Positions 23,615 through 37,796 of a stretch of DNA of 64,000 nt are shown one piece after another (position 1 is the first letter of the stretch; every line of letters starts with the position of its first letter). The translations under genes and the position numbers were made by a program. Origin of the DNA: Scyliorhinus canicula (lineage: Eukaryota); assembly GCF_902713615.1 (NCBI RefSeq), contig NW_024055443.1, positions 186,001-250,000 on the forward strand. Direction: 5' to 3'. Under the pieces are notes generated by a model. The model worked only from the letters and a program-made list of their open reading frames with translations. It was not told the origin of the DNA and did no database searches.

Positions 23615-24295
23615 TTATAATAATATTCACAGAGAACGGCTCCAGTGTATCAATAACAGAGACTGCCGGGCCCGGGGTGACGGGGTCAGACTAGGGTCTG
23701 GTATAATAATAATCACAGAGACCGGCTCCAGTGTATCAATAACAGAGACTGCCGGGCCCGGGGTCAGACTGGGATCAGGTATAATAATAATCACAGAGAC
23801 CGGCTCCAGTGTATCAATAACAGAGACTGCCGGGCCCGGAGTCATACTGGGGTCAGGTATAATAATAATCACAGAGACCAGCTCCAGTGTCTCAATAACA
23901 GAGACTGCCGGGCCCGGGGTCAGACTGGGGTCAGGTATAATAATAATCACAGAGACCAGCTCCAGTGTCTCAATAACAGAGACTGCCGGGCCCGGAGTCA
24001 GACTGGGGTCTGGTATAATAATAATCACAGAGACCGGCTCCAGTGTATCAATAACAGAGGCTGCCGGGCCCGGAGTCAGACTGGGGTCAGGTATAATAAT
24101 AATCACAGAGACCGGCTCCAGTGTATCAATAACAGAGGCTGCCGGGCCCGGAGTCAGACTGGGGTCTGGGAAAATAATAATCAGAGTCCGGCTCCAGTGT
24201 ATCAGTAACAGAGACTGCCGGGCCCGGGGTCAGACTGGGGTCTGGTATAATAATAATCAGAGTCCGGCTCCAGTGTATCAATAACAGAGACTGGT
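23615..24295. repeat. 78-bp minisatellite, about 8.5 copies
   Basis: Unit GTATAATAATAATCACAGAGACCGGCTCCAGTGTATCAATAACAGAGACTGCCGGGCCCGGGGTCAGACTGGGGTCAG; produces 26-aa repeat ORFs on both strands. Confidence 0.9.
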
Positions 24296-27200
24296 GATAA
24301 TCCTGGGTGAAGGGAGGCAGGGGATCTCATGAACAGCTAATTTTATGAGGAAGTGAAACTATCAGAAAGCAATGATGCCCCGGGCCCCAGCCCAGGCTTC
24401 ATTATCATGCTGAGTGACAGGGATGTGTGTGGGGAAAGCGGATTGGAAAGTTCATTGAGTGAGGTGCGTGTGATTGACTCCACCTCGGATCGTTTATACC
24501 CAATGGGAGGACAATTATGGCAAACCCTATAATGGTGCATCTGTCGGGGTAAACAAAAACATCTGTTTCTTCCTATTGTTACGAACAGTTCTCCATTTAC
24601 ACAGACACCCAAGAGCCGGTTCCGGCAGCTTATGGACACTACATTTATTTTGTAAATTTAGAGTACGCATTAATTTATATTTTCAATTAAGGGGCAATTT
24701 AGCATGGCCAATCCACTTGTTATCACCAGTCTCTGTTACTGATACACTTCACAGCTTTGGGTTGTGGGGGTGAAACCCACGCAGTCACGGGGAGAAGGTG
24801 CAAACTCCACACGGACAGGGACCCAGGACGGGGATCGAACTCGGGTCCTCAGAAGCGCAGGCCGCAGTGCTAACCACTGTACCAACGTACCGTCTCAAAT
24901 TATAGGCACTTAGGTTTAAATCATCAGATTGGGACAGAATGACTAAAAGCCAAAGCCTCATCACAGGAAGAAATAGTGCCTCAAATGTTAACGATTATTC
25001 TTCTTTTTCGAAACAAGTGCTATTCACTGTTACTTTGTCCAAAGTAGTGGATTGCAAACGGCAACGGACCTCTGAAAGATTCGTGGCAATTATCTACATA
25101 CACCCAGGTTCTGGCTAAAGACAGGATTAGCACAAGAGCAAACCTGTGTAATGATTGCATTTTATTCAGCCTCAATGAAGGACAGGGGTAGATACAGAAA
25201 AGGTGCTGGGGCGATGATTAGAGATGAACCATCCAACTGGTCCATTCCTCTCATCCTTCAAATATTTATCCATCATTTTCCAAAGTTGCTGTTAAATCTG
25301 ATTCCATCATAATTTCTCCTTGTGTATTCCATAAGTAGGTCCATGTTTCCTGCCAGTTGTAACAGTCTCTCTTTAATTACTCTATTCAAACCTTGATCTT
25401 TTTGTTTTAGAAGTTTAATTAAACACATAAAGATGGAGAAAGGTACAGAGAGAGAGAGAGAGAGAGAGTGAAACTGAGCGAAGAAATGAGAAAGAGAGAC
25501 GTGGGGTTGAGAGATAAAATCTGAGAAACAGTAAAGACAAATTACACAGCGAGAGGGAGAATGAAAAATAGTGTAATGGAACAAGATATCATTTCCTGGT
25601 TTGAGAGAACCGCGGAAACTCAGTGACTGATCCACTGACCATCCAGTTATATCCTGGAATGGAAGCTTTGAACAGATCACAACAAGTTCATTTGTAAATG
25701 TCACCGCAAAGTGATCTGTGTGACTCTGCCCTGACTCTGTGGGCAGATATAAGCCGCATTAACAGATGTTCTCACCAGATTGTGGTCCCTGGATTTATTT
25801 TCTGCTCAGAAGTGAGGTGTGCGGTTTGGAACCGGCAGCAGAGAAACAGGAAGTTGTGTTACCTGAGAATGAAACAGCAGGCGTCAGTTTCATGTTATCG
25901 CCGTGAACAGTCTTCCTGCCTGTGAGGGTGAACTCACTCTGACAGCATCAAGAACACCCACACAGATTGCTGCCGGTCGCAGCATTACATTCACATCCAT
26001 TCTCATTGCCTTGAAAAGGTTATATTATTTTTTTAAAAACACAGTAACCGATCGGGAGATGCACAGATGATCTTCACTGGTCATAATACTAATAATAATC
26101 TGGAGAGATAAAGGGAAATTAAAGCAACAATCTGTTAACAGAGGTTATACTAATGTCGAAAGTTTGAAGGCAGTTGATGTCAGAGCGAGAGAGAGAGGTG
26201 GGGGGGGGGGGGGGTGGGGGGGGGGGGGAGAGAGGGGGGAGAGAGGGTGGGGGGGGGAGAGAGGGGTGGGGGGGGAGCGGTTAAGTGAATGAGCTGGTGC
26301 CTTTCTGGCACAGAATTTTCCTCTGATGACGTTTTGGTGCTTAATTATTTTCAAAAGTGCCTTCAGTAAAAAAGATTTAAACACGAGATGCCATTTAAAC
26401 ACTAGGTTCCAGACTCGGCTGCTGTGTGCCTGTGTGAGTGAGTTCAGTCTGAGAGAGAGAAGCGGGTTCAACTGATTTGGGTGCAGCCTGAGACAGAGAA
26501 AGCGAGCTGAACCGATATGTAAGTAATGTGAAAGATATAATTGTCTTTTCAATGGAATGGACAGCTTGATATCTAGATCACTCAAGACAATACATTACAA
26601 GTACATATTAGGGGTAGCATAGGATGTGGAAGGTAATCTCAATAAAATGTCGTCATCTGCTGAAAAATAATTGCAATTATTGGCAACGCCATTTTGCAAA
26701 CAATGAATAATGATGTGTTCCAGACTAACCGGCCCATATAGACATATATGCACACACATAGACACACATATCCACACACACACATACATACACACACAGT
26801 TTCAGGCTCTGTCTCTCACAATCAGTGGCCACACCAAAAGCAAACAGAAATCCATTCAGCAAAACGGGTGAAAGACAATTCGGACCATTAAAGGAACAGT
26901 GGGTAATTGCCACAGATGAACACAAGTCTGAATTAATCATGTCCAACACAATGGAGTGTGTGACTGTGTTATGCAATGTGAAGTTCAATATGGATCCTGT
27001 ATTTCTGTTCCTCAGCCTGGTGATGAAGTGAATGGCACAAGATTCGCTCCAACCTACAGCAAAATATTACACACCCATTACCAGACCAATCACACAACAC
27101 CAAATAGTTATTCATTATGCTTTTGTAAGTGAATTAAGTCTGAGAGAGAATAGAGACATTAATTAATCTAGGTGAAGTCTGAAGCAAAGAGATGAGAACA

Positions 27201-27673
27201 GATCGGCAGGAGTTTTAAGAATGTATTTGCCTTTGCAACGAACTTCCATAACAGCTAATAGTTATTGAGACGACAAAATGTATTCTTCCAAACACAAGTG
27301 AGTGCCCTTTCCACGCACAAGGCAGTGGAGCAGTGGTATTGTCGCTGTACTAGTAATCCAGAGACCCAGAGTCAAGCTCTGGGGACCCGGGTTTGCACCA
27401 TGGCAGGTGGTGAAATTTGAAACAAAAAGATCTGGAATTAAAAGTCTAATGATGACCATGAAACCATTGTTCTGTGTAATCAAACCGCATCTGGTTCACT
27501 GATGTCCTTCAGGGAAGGATATCTGTCGCCCTTAACTAGTCTGACCTACATATGACTCCAGATGACTTCACAGCAATGTCGTTGACTCTGAAATGCCCTC
27601 AGGGATGGGTGAGAACTGCAGGATCAGCCAGCGACATCCACATCCCATGAACGAATAAAAAGCATTTAGTATA

Positions 27674-28061
27674 NNNNNNNNNNNNNNNNNNNNNNNNNNN
27701 NNNNNNNNNNNNNNNNNNNNNNNNNNNNNNNNNNNNNNNNNNNNNNNNNNNNNNNNNNNNNNNNNNNNNNNNNNNNNNNNNNNNNNNNNNNNNNNNNNNN
27801 NNNNNNNNNNNNNNNNNNNNNNNNNNNNNNNNNNNNNNNNNNNNNNNNNNNNNNNNNNNNNNNNNNNNNNNNNNNNNNNNNNNNNNNNNNNNNNNNNNNN
27901 NNNNNNNNNNNNNNNNNNNNNNNNNNNNNNNNNNNNNNNNNNNNNNNNNNNNNNNNNNNNNNNNNNNNNNNNNNNNNNNNNNNNNNNNNNNNNNNNNNNN
28001 NNNNNNNNNNNNNNNNNNNNNNNNNNNNNNNNNNNNNNNNNNNNNNNNNNNNNNNNNNNNN
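27674..28061. other. Assembly gap (388 N)
   Basis: Run of N. Confidence 0.99.
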
Positions 28062-28069
28062 TTTTTTCA

Positions 28070-28740
28070 TTCAATTGCGCGATATGGCGCCACTGATTGG
28101 GTCAGCAATTATGGCCCATTCCAAGTTGCCATTCAGAAGGTGGTGGCGATCTGCCGCCTTGAATCGCTGCAGTCCCTGATATGCAGTTACGCCCATAGAG
28201 TATTAGCGAAAGAAGCCCAGTATTTTCACCCAGCCACGGTGAAGGAACGGCGATATATTTCCAAGTCAAAGTGTTGAGTGACTTGGAGAGGAATCTCCAG
28301 TTGGTGGTGTTCCAAAGTATCTGCTGCTCTGGTCCTTGTTGATGGTTGTAGCCGTGGGTCTGGTGGGTGCTGAATATGAAACCTTTATTAGTTCCAACAG
28401 TAAATCTTGCGGATGGCAACAATCAAGCGACTGATTTGTCCTGGATGGTGTAAAGCTTCTTGACATTTGTCGAAGCTGCACTCCAGACAAGTGGACAGTA
28501 TTCCATTACACTTCAGACTTTTGCCCAGCAGATGATGGACAGGCTTTGGGCAATCAGGATGTGAGTTACTCGCCACAGGATTTCTACCCTTTGAACTGCT
28601 CTGGCAGCCACAGCATTCGTCTGGCTTGTCCAGTTCAGTTTCCGGTCAATGACAACCCCCAGGATGTTGATTGTGCCGTAATCAATGAAAGTAAATCTGT
28701 TGCATTATTCTGTGGGGCAAGACTTCAGCCGTGAATGAAA
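28070..28740 (-). mobile_element. Degenerate non-LTR LINE (CR1/L2 group) RT C-terminus and 3' UTR
   Basis: Homologous to 49660-50450, 53620-54300 and about 63200-63430. Confidence 0.6.
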
Positions 28741-29489
28741 CAGTCTAACAAAATAATATCAGAGAGTAGGCTTAACATAATATAAATGGAGACTTGGTGC
28801 AGTTGAACAACTGCTCCGAAATGGCGACTTCTTACATGTATAGCAGCACGGATACATGCATCAATTAATTAATCCGCACATAATGTAATATTAACAGATA
28901 TAAGGTCTAATGCAATGATTAAAAAGAGTCAATTGCAGTAGAGAGAGATGTTGCTCAGTGCATTTCTGAATTAGACTGCAACTATTTGCTAAAGCAGTAA
29001 ACACAGTCTCGTGCAGTCATAACTGAGAAAGGGTGTATTGTGGCATGTGTAGAAACATGGACCTACTTATTGAAACGTTTAACTGTCGATAGCATTCTAT
29101 ACACAGGTACAATGCTGAGGGAAAGATAAAACGAAACATCGTCCTGTTCAATCATTCTAGAGACAAGACCCAGGGTAATAATACTTGTTATACGGTTAAG
29201 TACAGTGATAACTGAAGCAGGGATTAATGTAATACTACGAAACACAATGTGCAGTAAAATAAAAATAAATTCATCGTCTAACTACAAGTAAAAACTTAAC
29301 TAGAGTAAATTATACAGGCCACAGAAACATGAGCTAATGCATTAATAACTGGAATAATATCTAAAGATATAAACACTGAGAGGATCTGATTTAGAGAGAA
29401 CTGAGAAAGGACCTATTTTATTTTAAACAGGGATATGGAGGAGTGTAGTAATAAATGAGATGTAACCCATTGTACGATTAATATTATAA

Positions 29490-31060
29490 GAAGTCTGACA
29501 ACACCAGGTTAAAGTCCAACAGGTTTGCTTCAAACACTAGCTTTCGGAGCACTGCTCCTTCCTCAGGTGAATGAAGAGGTATGTTCCAGAAACATATATA
29601 TAGGCAAATTCAAAGGTGCACGACAGTGCTTAGAATGCGAGTATTTGCAGGGAATTAAGTCTTTACAGATCCAAAGATAGGGGTAACCCCAGGTTATGAG
29701 GTGTGAGTTGTCTCAAGCAAGGACCGTGGTCGGAATTCGCAAGCCTAGGGATGATGATGGGGGATGAATGTAATGTGACATGAATCCCAGGTCTCGATTG
29801 AGGTCACGCTCATGTGGGCGTAACTTGGCTATAGCTTTCTGCTTGGCGATTCTGCGTTATCGCGCATCCTGAAGGCCGCCTTGGAGAACGCTTACCTGGA
29901 GATCAGAGGCTGAATGCCCTTGACTGCTGAAGTTTTCCCCGACTGGAAGGTAACATTCCTGCCTGGTGATTGACATGTGATACCCGTTCATCTGTTGTCA
30001 CAGCGTCTGCATGGTCTCGCCAATGTACCACGCTTCGGGACAGCCTTTCCTGCAACGTATGAAGGAGACAACGTTGGCCGAGTCACACGAGTATGCACCG
30101 CGTACCTGGTGGGTGGTGTTCTCATGTGTATTCGTGGTCTCCATGTCGATGATCTGGCGCGTCTTGCAGAGATTGCCATGGTAGGGTTGTGTGATGTCGT
30201 GGTCGCTGTTCTGAAGACTGGATAGTTTGCTGCAAGCAATGGTTTGTTTGAGGTTGCGCGGTTGTTTGAAGGCCAGCAGTGGGGGTGTGGGGTTGACCTT
30301 GGCAAGATGTTCATCTTCATCGATGACGTGTTGAAGGCTGCGAAGAAGATGTCATAGTTTCTCCGCTCCAGGAAAGTACTGGACGACGACGGTTGTGTTC
30401 CGTGTTTGTCTTCTGAGGAGGTCGGTGCATTTTCTTACTGCGGCATGTTGGAACTGTCGCTCGATGAGTCGAGCGCCATATCCCGTTCGTACGAAGGCAT
30501 CTTTCAGCGTCTGTAGATGTCTGTTACGCTCCTCCTCATCTGAGCAGATCCTGTGTATATGGAGGGCTTGTCCATAGGGGATGGCTTCTTTAATGTGTTT
30601 CGGCTGGCAGCTGGAGAAGTGGAACATTGTGAGGTGACCAGCAACAATGCAGAATCGCCGAGCAGCAACTTATAGCCAAGTTCTGCCACATGAGTGCGGC
30701 CTCAACCGGGTCCTGGGATTCATGTTGCATTACCTTCATCCCCCACCATCTGGCCTGGGTTTGCGAAATCTGACTAACTGTCCTGGCTTGAGACAATTCA
30801 CACATCTCTAACCTGGGGTTACCCCTACCTCTGGATCTGTAAAAACTTAATTACCTACAAATGCTCGCATTCTAAGCATTGTCTTGCATCTTTTGAATTT
30901 GTCAATATATATGTTTCTGGAACATACCTCTTCATTCACCTGAGGAAGGAGCAGTGCTTCGAAAGCTAGTGTTTGAAGCAAACCTGTTGGACTGTAACCT
31001 GGTGTTGTAAGGCTTCTTCCTGAGCTCACCCCAGTCTAACTCCGGCATCTCCACATCACG
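29490..31060 (-). mobile_element. Penelope-like retroelement, 5'-truncated, with inverted terminal pLTR copies
   Basis: KEAIPYGQALHIHRICSDEEERNRHLQTLKDAFVRTGY (PLE RT thumb/linker) followed by a GIY-YIG-like region; about 29490-29780 is the reverse complement of about 30690-31030. Confidence 0.85.
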
Positions 31061-33129
31061 ATTAATATTGGTATTATCTCGCACAGTAATAACTAAAACA
31101 GACAGAAGCGCATCATTTACAGGTACAGAAACTGGCATTAAATAAACAGAGCCGGCGGTATCCCGAGATTCCTAAAACAGGGCCTTGATTAATACAAGTG
31201 GAGCGTGTGGTGCAGTGGAAACCGAGAATTTCCTCCCACAGTCCAAATATGCGCAGGTTAGGTGAATTGGACATTCTGAAAGATTTCCCCTGAGTGTGCA
31301 AAGGGTAGGTGGGGTTATGGAGAAAGGGTGGAGGAGTGGTCCTCAGTGGGGTGCCGTTTTGGAGGGCGGGTGCAGACTCGATGGGCCGACTGGCCTCCTT
31401 CTGCACTGTCGGGATTCTATGATTCTTTGAAAAGACCGGGATTCACAATATCTGGAGCAGGGTTCTAATACAGGGGTTACTGTTACAGGGTAAATATTCA
31501 TAATAACGGAGACAGGGTGTGCAGCAATGATTAATGGAAGAACGTCCACAATCAGGGACACAGTCTAAGGATATAGATGTGGAGAAATTTATTGACCTAG
31601 AGCGGTGAACCTGTGGAATCCTCTACCACACAAAACAGTTGAGGCCAAAACATTGTATGTTTACTGGAAGGAATTATATATATAGTTCGTGTGGCTATCG
31701 GGATCATAGGATATGGAGGGAAAGCGACGACAGTTCACTGAGTTGGATGATCAGCCACGATCAGAATGAATGGAAGAGCAGGTTCAAGGGGCCGAATGGC
31801 CTACTCCTTCACCTATTGTCTATGCTTCTATACTTCTATGGTTCTATGTAATGCAACAAAGCCTAAATTAGATATAAACTGAAACAGGGTCTAGTACAAT
31901 AATTCCTGGTACAGGGTCTACATTAATCTCAACTGAGACAAGGCCGAGTGTAGTGATTTCTGAGGGGAGGGGGTCTTCAATTATGTAAATATAGACAGGG
32001 TTCTAGAGCACTAATTGCTGATAGAGCGTCGAGATTACTATAAAGTGAGACAGATTCTAGTGCCGTAATTATTGATGCAGTGTCTAGCTTAACGAAAACT
32101 GAGATAAGATCTAATGCAGTGATTACTGATTCAGGGTATACATTCGTCCAAAGCGAGACAGGGTCGATTGCAGGGACGGCCCAAGATTAATGTTAATCAA
32201 TGTAGGGCCGAGTGTGGATTTACCGTTACACGGTTGAGATTATATACATTCAGACAGATGTGCGTTTTTTCTGCGTGTTTGTCCGTGTGCGTGGACATTT
32301 TCACACCAAACTCCTGCACAAATAATTCCTTGGTTTTACACACCAATTAATGGGACGGGGTATGGGGAACTTTACTCTCCACATACCCTGCGTTTCTCCT
32401 GCTCTGCAAGTATCTGATGGTAGGGCAAAGAGGAAGCTTTACTCTGTTCCTCACATGTGCTTTACCTGTCCTTCACATGTTAGATGGCGGATGTTGTGGA
32501 GGGGGCTTTCCTCTGTACTGCACCTGTCCTTCGAGTATTTGAGGGGAGATTGTTCAGGGAAATTCATTCAGTAACTAAATGTTTACCGTTGAGGCCCTGG
32601 GAATATATAATGGGACAGGTTTTCGGAAGTTTTATTATTTATCGAAAACTGTGATGCATTTGACCTGAGAGTGTTTGCTGGTTCAGTGTGCAGGAAGCTT
32701 TGCTCTGTATACAACCCCGTACTGTACCTGGCCTGCGTGAATTTGACGGAATAGTTTAGACAAGCAGAGCATTACTAAAGCTGTCCTTGGAATTCTGATG
32801 GGACACGAGGAATGGAAAGGTCTGGGACAAATATCTTAATGTCTGTGTCATATTTGAAAACTGGGGGAAATTGATGCTCAGGTGATTAAAGGGGCACTAG
32901 CAGAATGTCTACAACAGTGACTAAGGGACAGAATACAGTGTAGCTCTTAACAATTGTTTCAGATTGGGTGGGGTACAGAGTGTTATTCTCCAGTGGGTAA
33001 TATTAGCAGCACTGCTTTTTATGTTATATATTAATAGACAGGGTCGGGACTCGGATTCACAGGATATCAATTGAAAAGTTGCATATGTTTCCCAAATTGG
33101 AAATGCAGTAAACAGGGAAGAGGATTACA

Positions 33130-34100
33130 TACATAGATACATAGAAGTTAGGAGCAGGAGGAGGCCTTTTGGCCCTTCGAGCCTGCTCCGCCATTTATCA
33201 CGATCATGGCTGATCATCCAACTCAATAGCCTCATCCTGCTTTCTTCCCATAGCCTTTGATCCCATTCTCCCCAAGCGCTATATCCAGCCGCCTCTTGAA
33301 TGTATTCAATGTTTTGGGATCAACTATTTCCTGTGGTCATGAATTCCGCAGCCTCACCACTCTTTGAACATAGAACATTACAGCACAGTACAGGCGTTCG
33401 GCCCTCGATGTCGCGCCGACCTGTGAAACCACTCTAAATCCCATCTACACTATTGCCTTATCGTCCATATGTCTATCCAATTACCATTTGGATGTCCTAA
33501 GTGTTCGCGAGTCCACTACTGTTGCAGGCAGGGCATTCCACGACCTTACCACTCTCTGAGTAAAGAACCTACCTCTGGCATCTGTCCTATATCTATCTCC
33601 CCTCAATTAAAAGCTATGTCCCCTCGTGCTAGACATCACCATCCGAGGAAAATGGCTCTCACTGTCCAGCCTATCTAATCCTCTGATCATCTTGTATGCC
33701 TCAATTAAGTCCATTAAGATCTTCCCTCCATACCAGGCAACATCTTGGTAAATCTCCTCTGCACCCTTTCCAATGCTTCCACATCCTTCCTATAATGCGG
33801 CGACCAGAATTGCACGCAATACTCCAAATGCGGCCGCACCAGAGTTTTGTACAGCTGCAACATGACCTCATGGCTCAGAAACTCAATCCCTCTACCAATA
33901 AAAGCTAACACACCGTACGCCTTCTTAACAACCCTCTCAACCTGTGTGGCAACTTTCAGGGATCTATGTACATGGACACCGAGATCTCTCTGCTCATCCA
34001 CACTACCAAGATTCTTCCCATTAGCACACTACCCTGTCTTCCTGTTATTCCTTCCAAAATGAATCACCTCACACTTTTCTGCATTGAACTCTATTTGCCA
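33130..34100 (-). mobile_element. Nested CR1 LINE 3' fragments
   Basis: QRDLGVHVHRSLKVATQVERVVKKAYGVLAFIGRGIEF...LVRPHLEYCVQFWSPHYRKDVEALERVQRRFTKML. Confidence 0.88.
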
Positions 34101-34760
34101 CCTCTCAACCACCCGTGTGTTAAGCACCTTGGACTTTGCCCTCGTGAACCCTTGCCAGAACTCTCTAAGCTCCGGGCATGCCCAAAACCTGTGTGTGGAC
34201 ATGGTTTGCAAGGCTGCCCTTGTACCTCATACAACTGTCTTCTACCCCAAAAAACTTGCTCATTCTCGCTGCTGTCATGTGTGCCCGGCAGACCACCTTA
34301 AATTGAATTAGACTGAGCCTGGCACATGATGAGGAGGAATTAACCTTGCCCAGAACCTTTGCCCACAGACCCGCTTCCAACTCCTCACCAACTCGTCCTC
34401 CCACTTGCCCTTCAGCTCCTCCAACGGGGTTTCCTCCGCCTCCTGTAGTTCCTGGTAGATATCCGATACCTTCCCCTCCCCCACCCACGTGCCGGAGACT
34501 ACTCTGTCCTGTATCCTCACTGGCGGCAGCGTCGGAAAGGCCACTACATGTTTTTTCAGGAAGGCTCGTGCTTGCAGATATTTGAATGCGTTTCCTGGCG
34601 ACAAATTAAATCTGTCCTCTAGCGCCTTCAAACTGGGAAAGCTTCCGTCTATGAACAGATCTCCCATCCTTCAGATGCCTGCCCTCTGCCAGCTCTGGAA
34701 CCCACCATCCATCCTACCCGGGACAAACCTGTGGTTCTTGCATGGGGACAGGGCATCCAT
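34100..34760 (-). mobile_element. L1-clade ORF2 C-terminal fragment
   Basis: GDLFIDGSFPSLKALEDRFNL...FKYLQARAFL and CARLSLIQFKVVCRAHMTAARMSKFF (L1 RT zinc-binding region). Confidence 0.75.
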
Positions 34761-37700
34761 GGTTGTCAAGGGAAGTCAAGGACAGCATAAAAGCAAAGGA
34801 ATAAGCATACAATGTGGCGAAGATTAATGGGATGCCAAAGGATACTGAAGCTTTTAAAAGGTGATATAATGTAAAACCTAATAAAAAATGTTATTATTAC
34901 TTTTGAACTGAGGGCACTGTTTCTACGTTTCCATACGATGCCAAGATACGTAGAGGACCAAGCCGTGCTGAGGAAGCAGGGAGGCTGCAAAAAGACCTGG
35001 CCAGGCTACGAAACGATGTGCTGGCCTTGGAGAAGCTCCCGAGGAGATTCACAAGACTGATCCTCGGAATGACTGGCTTGTCATATGAGGAGCGCTTGAG
35101 GACTCTGGGTCTGTACTGAATAGAGTTTAGAAGGATGAGGTGCTGTGAGGGGAGTGGGGCGCGGGGTGGGGGTGGGGGTGGGGTCACACTGAAACTTACA
35201 GAATAGTGAGAGGCCTAGTAGGTGAAACTAGAACCCGAGGTCACAGCCTCAGATTTAAGGGACGAGCCTTCAAAACTGAGAGGAGGAACAATTTATTCAG
35301 CCAGAGTGTCTTGATTCTGTGGAACTCAGTCCCGCAGCAGGCTGTGGAGGCCAAATCACTGAGTGTATTTAAGATAGAGATAGACAGGCTCTTGATTAAT
35401 AAGGGGACCAGGGATTATGGGGAGAAGGCGGATAAGGGGACCAGGGATTATGGGGAGAATGGGGATTAGAAACATAACAGTCATGATTGAATGCGAAGCA
35501 GGCTGGATGGACTGAAATGCCGGGTTCAACTCCTATGTTTTATGATTTTATGGGAGGAAAACCATATATGGACGATCTTAGAATAGATAGGTGCTTGATT
35601 GCCGTTTCAGATATGGTGGGTGGAAGGGCATCTTTATTTCCTCTATATCTCTCAGACTCCATGACTCTATGACAGGGTCAAAAACAATAATCACTAATAT
35701 AGGATGTAGATTAACCTAAATTGAGATTGAATCTCGTGCAGTGATTTTTGATACAGGGTCCAGATTACCATAAACTGAGACAGGTTCTAGTGCAGCGATT
35801 ACTCATACACAGATTGATTAAACTTAAATGAGATAGGATCTAAACCAGTAATTATTGATACAGGATCTAGAATATTATAAACTGAGGCAGGGTCTATTGC
35901 AGTCATTCCTGGTCAGGGTCTGGATTAAACATGTGTAAAGAGTTATTCAGGCAGATTATCAAAAAGTGGTTGACGAGGCATGTTATGGGATGATTTTAAT
36001 AAGGGAATTGAGGTAAAGAGGAGTAGGGAATTAATACCAGAGCTTAGGACCGAGGGTATGACGGCATCGCAAAGTGAACCAAATAATTCTGAAGATAACA
36101 ATACGTCTTGATCGATTGGAGTTGCAAAAATTAAGAAAAATGTTTCATATTCACACCTACACTAACGACCAATACGTTTGTGCAGCGATTTTAGTTGCTC
36201 TTCTAACCAGATGAGTGTTGTATGATTGGGTGGCCATTTCTCCTTTGGGTGCCCACCGTTACCATCGTGGCGATACTGTGAGAACACGGTTCTGTCTAAC
36301 TCTGCCAGTGCATCAGGTGATTGGTTAACATAAATCGAGAGACAACAGGAACATGGTCCGGTGTAATATCAACAGAGACAGGCCCTGGTGAGATGTAAAG
36401 ATACAAATCCCTGTGGAATATAGAAGAGGCGGAACTTAATGTAATATAATCCTATGCATGTTCTTGCGTGTTATTAATTGAGTGCAGCACAAACAGTACA
36501 GTGTAGTATAGACAGGGACAGGGGTTACTTTAACAGTGATAAAGACAGGGTCTCATTTAACATGAGGAGTAACAGATCTGATGTAATACAGTGACATAGA
36601 AAATAGAGCAGAAGTGGACCATTATGCCCTTCGAGCCTGCTCCGCTGTTCATTATGATCATGGCACCTCAGTAGCCTGTTCCCACTTTCACCCACATCAT
36701 TTGGTCCCTTCAGAGCTTTGATCCCCAAGAGCTATATCTAACTCCTTCAAAACATACAATACTTTGGACTTAACTTCGTTCTGTGGTACAGAATTCCACA
36801 GGCTATCGACTCCCAGGGTGGAGTTATTGCCCCTCATTTCAGTCCTAAATAGTTTACCCCGTATCCTTAGACAGTGACCCCTGGTTCTATCTCCCCCACC
36901 ATCGGGACCATCCTTTCTGCATCCGCCCTGTCACGTCCTGCTTCAATTTGATAGGTTTATAATCAGAGGGGGATTTAATATTTCATCAATTCGTGTCTTC
37001 TGATTCTCCTACCAGCGAATCAAGTTTCTTCCTAATAAATCAAACAAAACCCTTCATAATTGTGACCATTGTTACACCCCTCCCAAAAACTGCTCGGTTC
37101 TAAGGAAAACAATCCCAGCTTCCAACCGCTCTAACCTTGCAGCTCATGAACTGGAAAGGCCCAGTTGTATATATTTTTCTGCCTTTCTTGTGTTCAGATG
37201 CTATTTTTGGAATTACTGACATTTTATATGGAGCCAGTAGAATTCCCGTTCACCATTACCATCGTGTCCGAATTAGACACAAGACGGGGCCAGCACGGTG
37301 GTGCAGTGGTTAGCACTGCTGTCTCACGGCGTCGAGGGACCAGGTTAGATCCCGTTTCTCGGTCCATCTCCACGTGGAGTTTGCACATTCTCCCCGTCTC
37401 TGCGTGGGTTTCACCCCCAAAAACTTAAAGATGTGCAGGGTAGGTTGACTGGCTGTGCTAAATTGTCCCTTGATTTGGAAAAAAATAATTGTTTACTCTA
37501 AATTTATAATAAGACACAAGACTAAGAAAAGACTAGCCTCTGAAAATTAAATTGACCCACGTAAGGCTGGACCCAGAATTCGAACTTTAGATACACTGAC
37601 CAATATTTCAGAATGTAATGTCAACATGCAAGCCATGATAGGTTAACAATCTTGTCTCAGTGGAATCAATATCCCCTCTCAGAACAGATACCTGAGCCCA

Positions 37701-37796
37701 CAACCCAGATGTGATGAATGCAGGAGTATTTTATGTTTCAGTTGCTCCATCTTTTAGATGTGATGTGTCTTAGGGCTGCTTTGCACTATTATGTGG

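Noticed and set aside
23538-24284. 248-aa repetitive protein (GPGVRLGSGIIIITET...)
   Set aside because: By-product of a 78-bp minisatellite open on both strands; no splice or expression evidence
27568-28074. Long ORFs 27568-28074 and 27666-28070
   Set aside because: Artefacts of translating through the N gap
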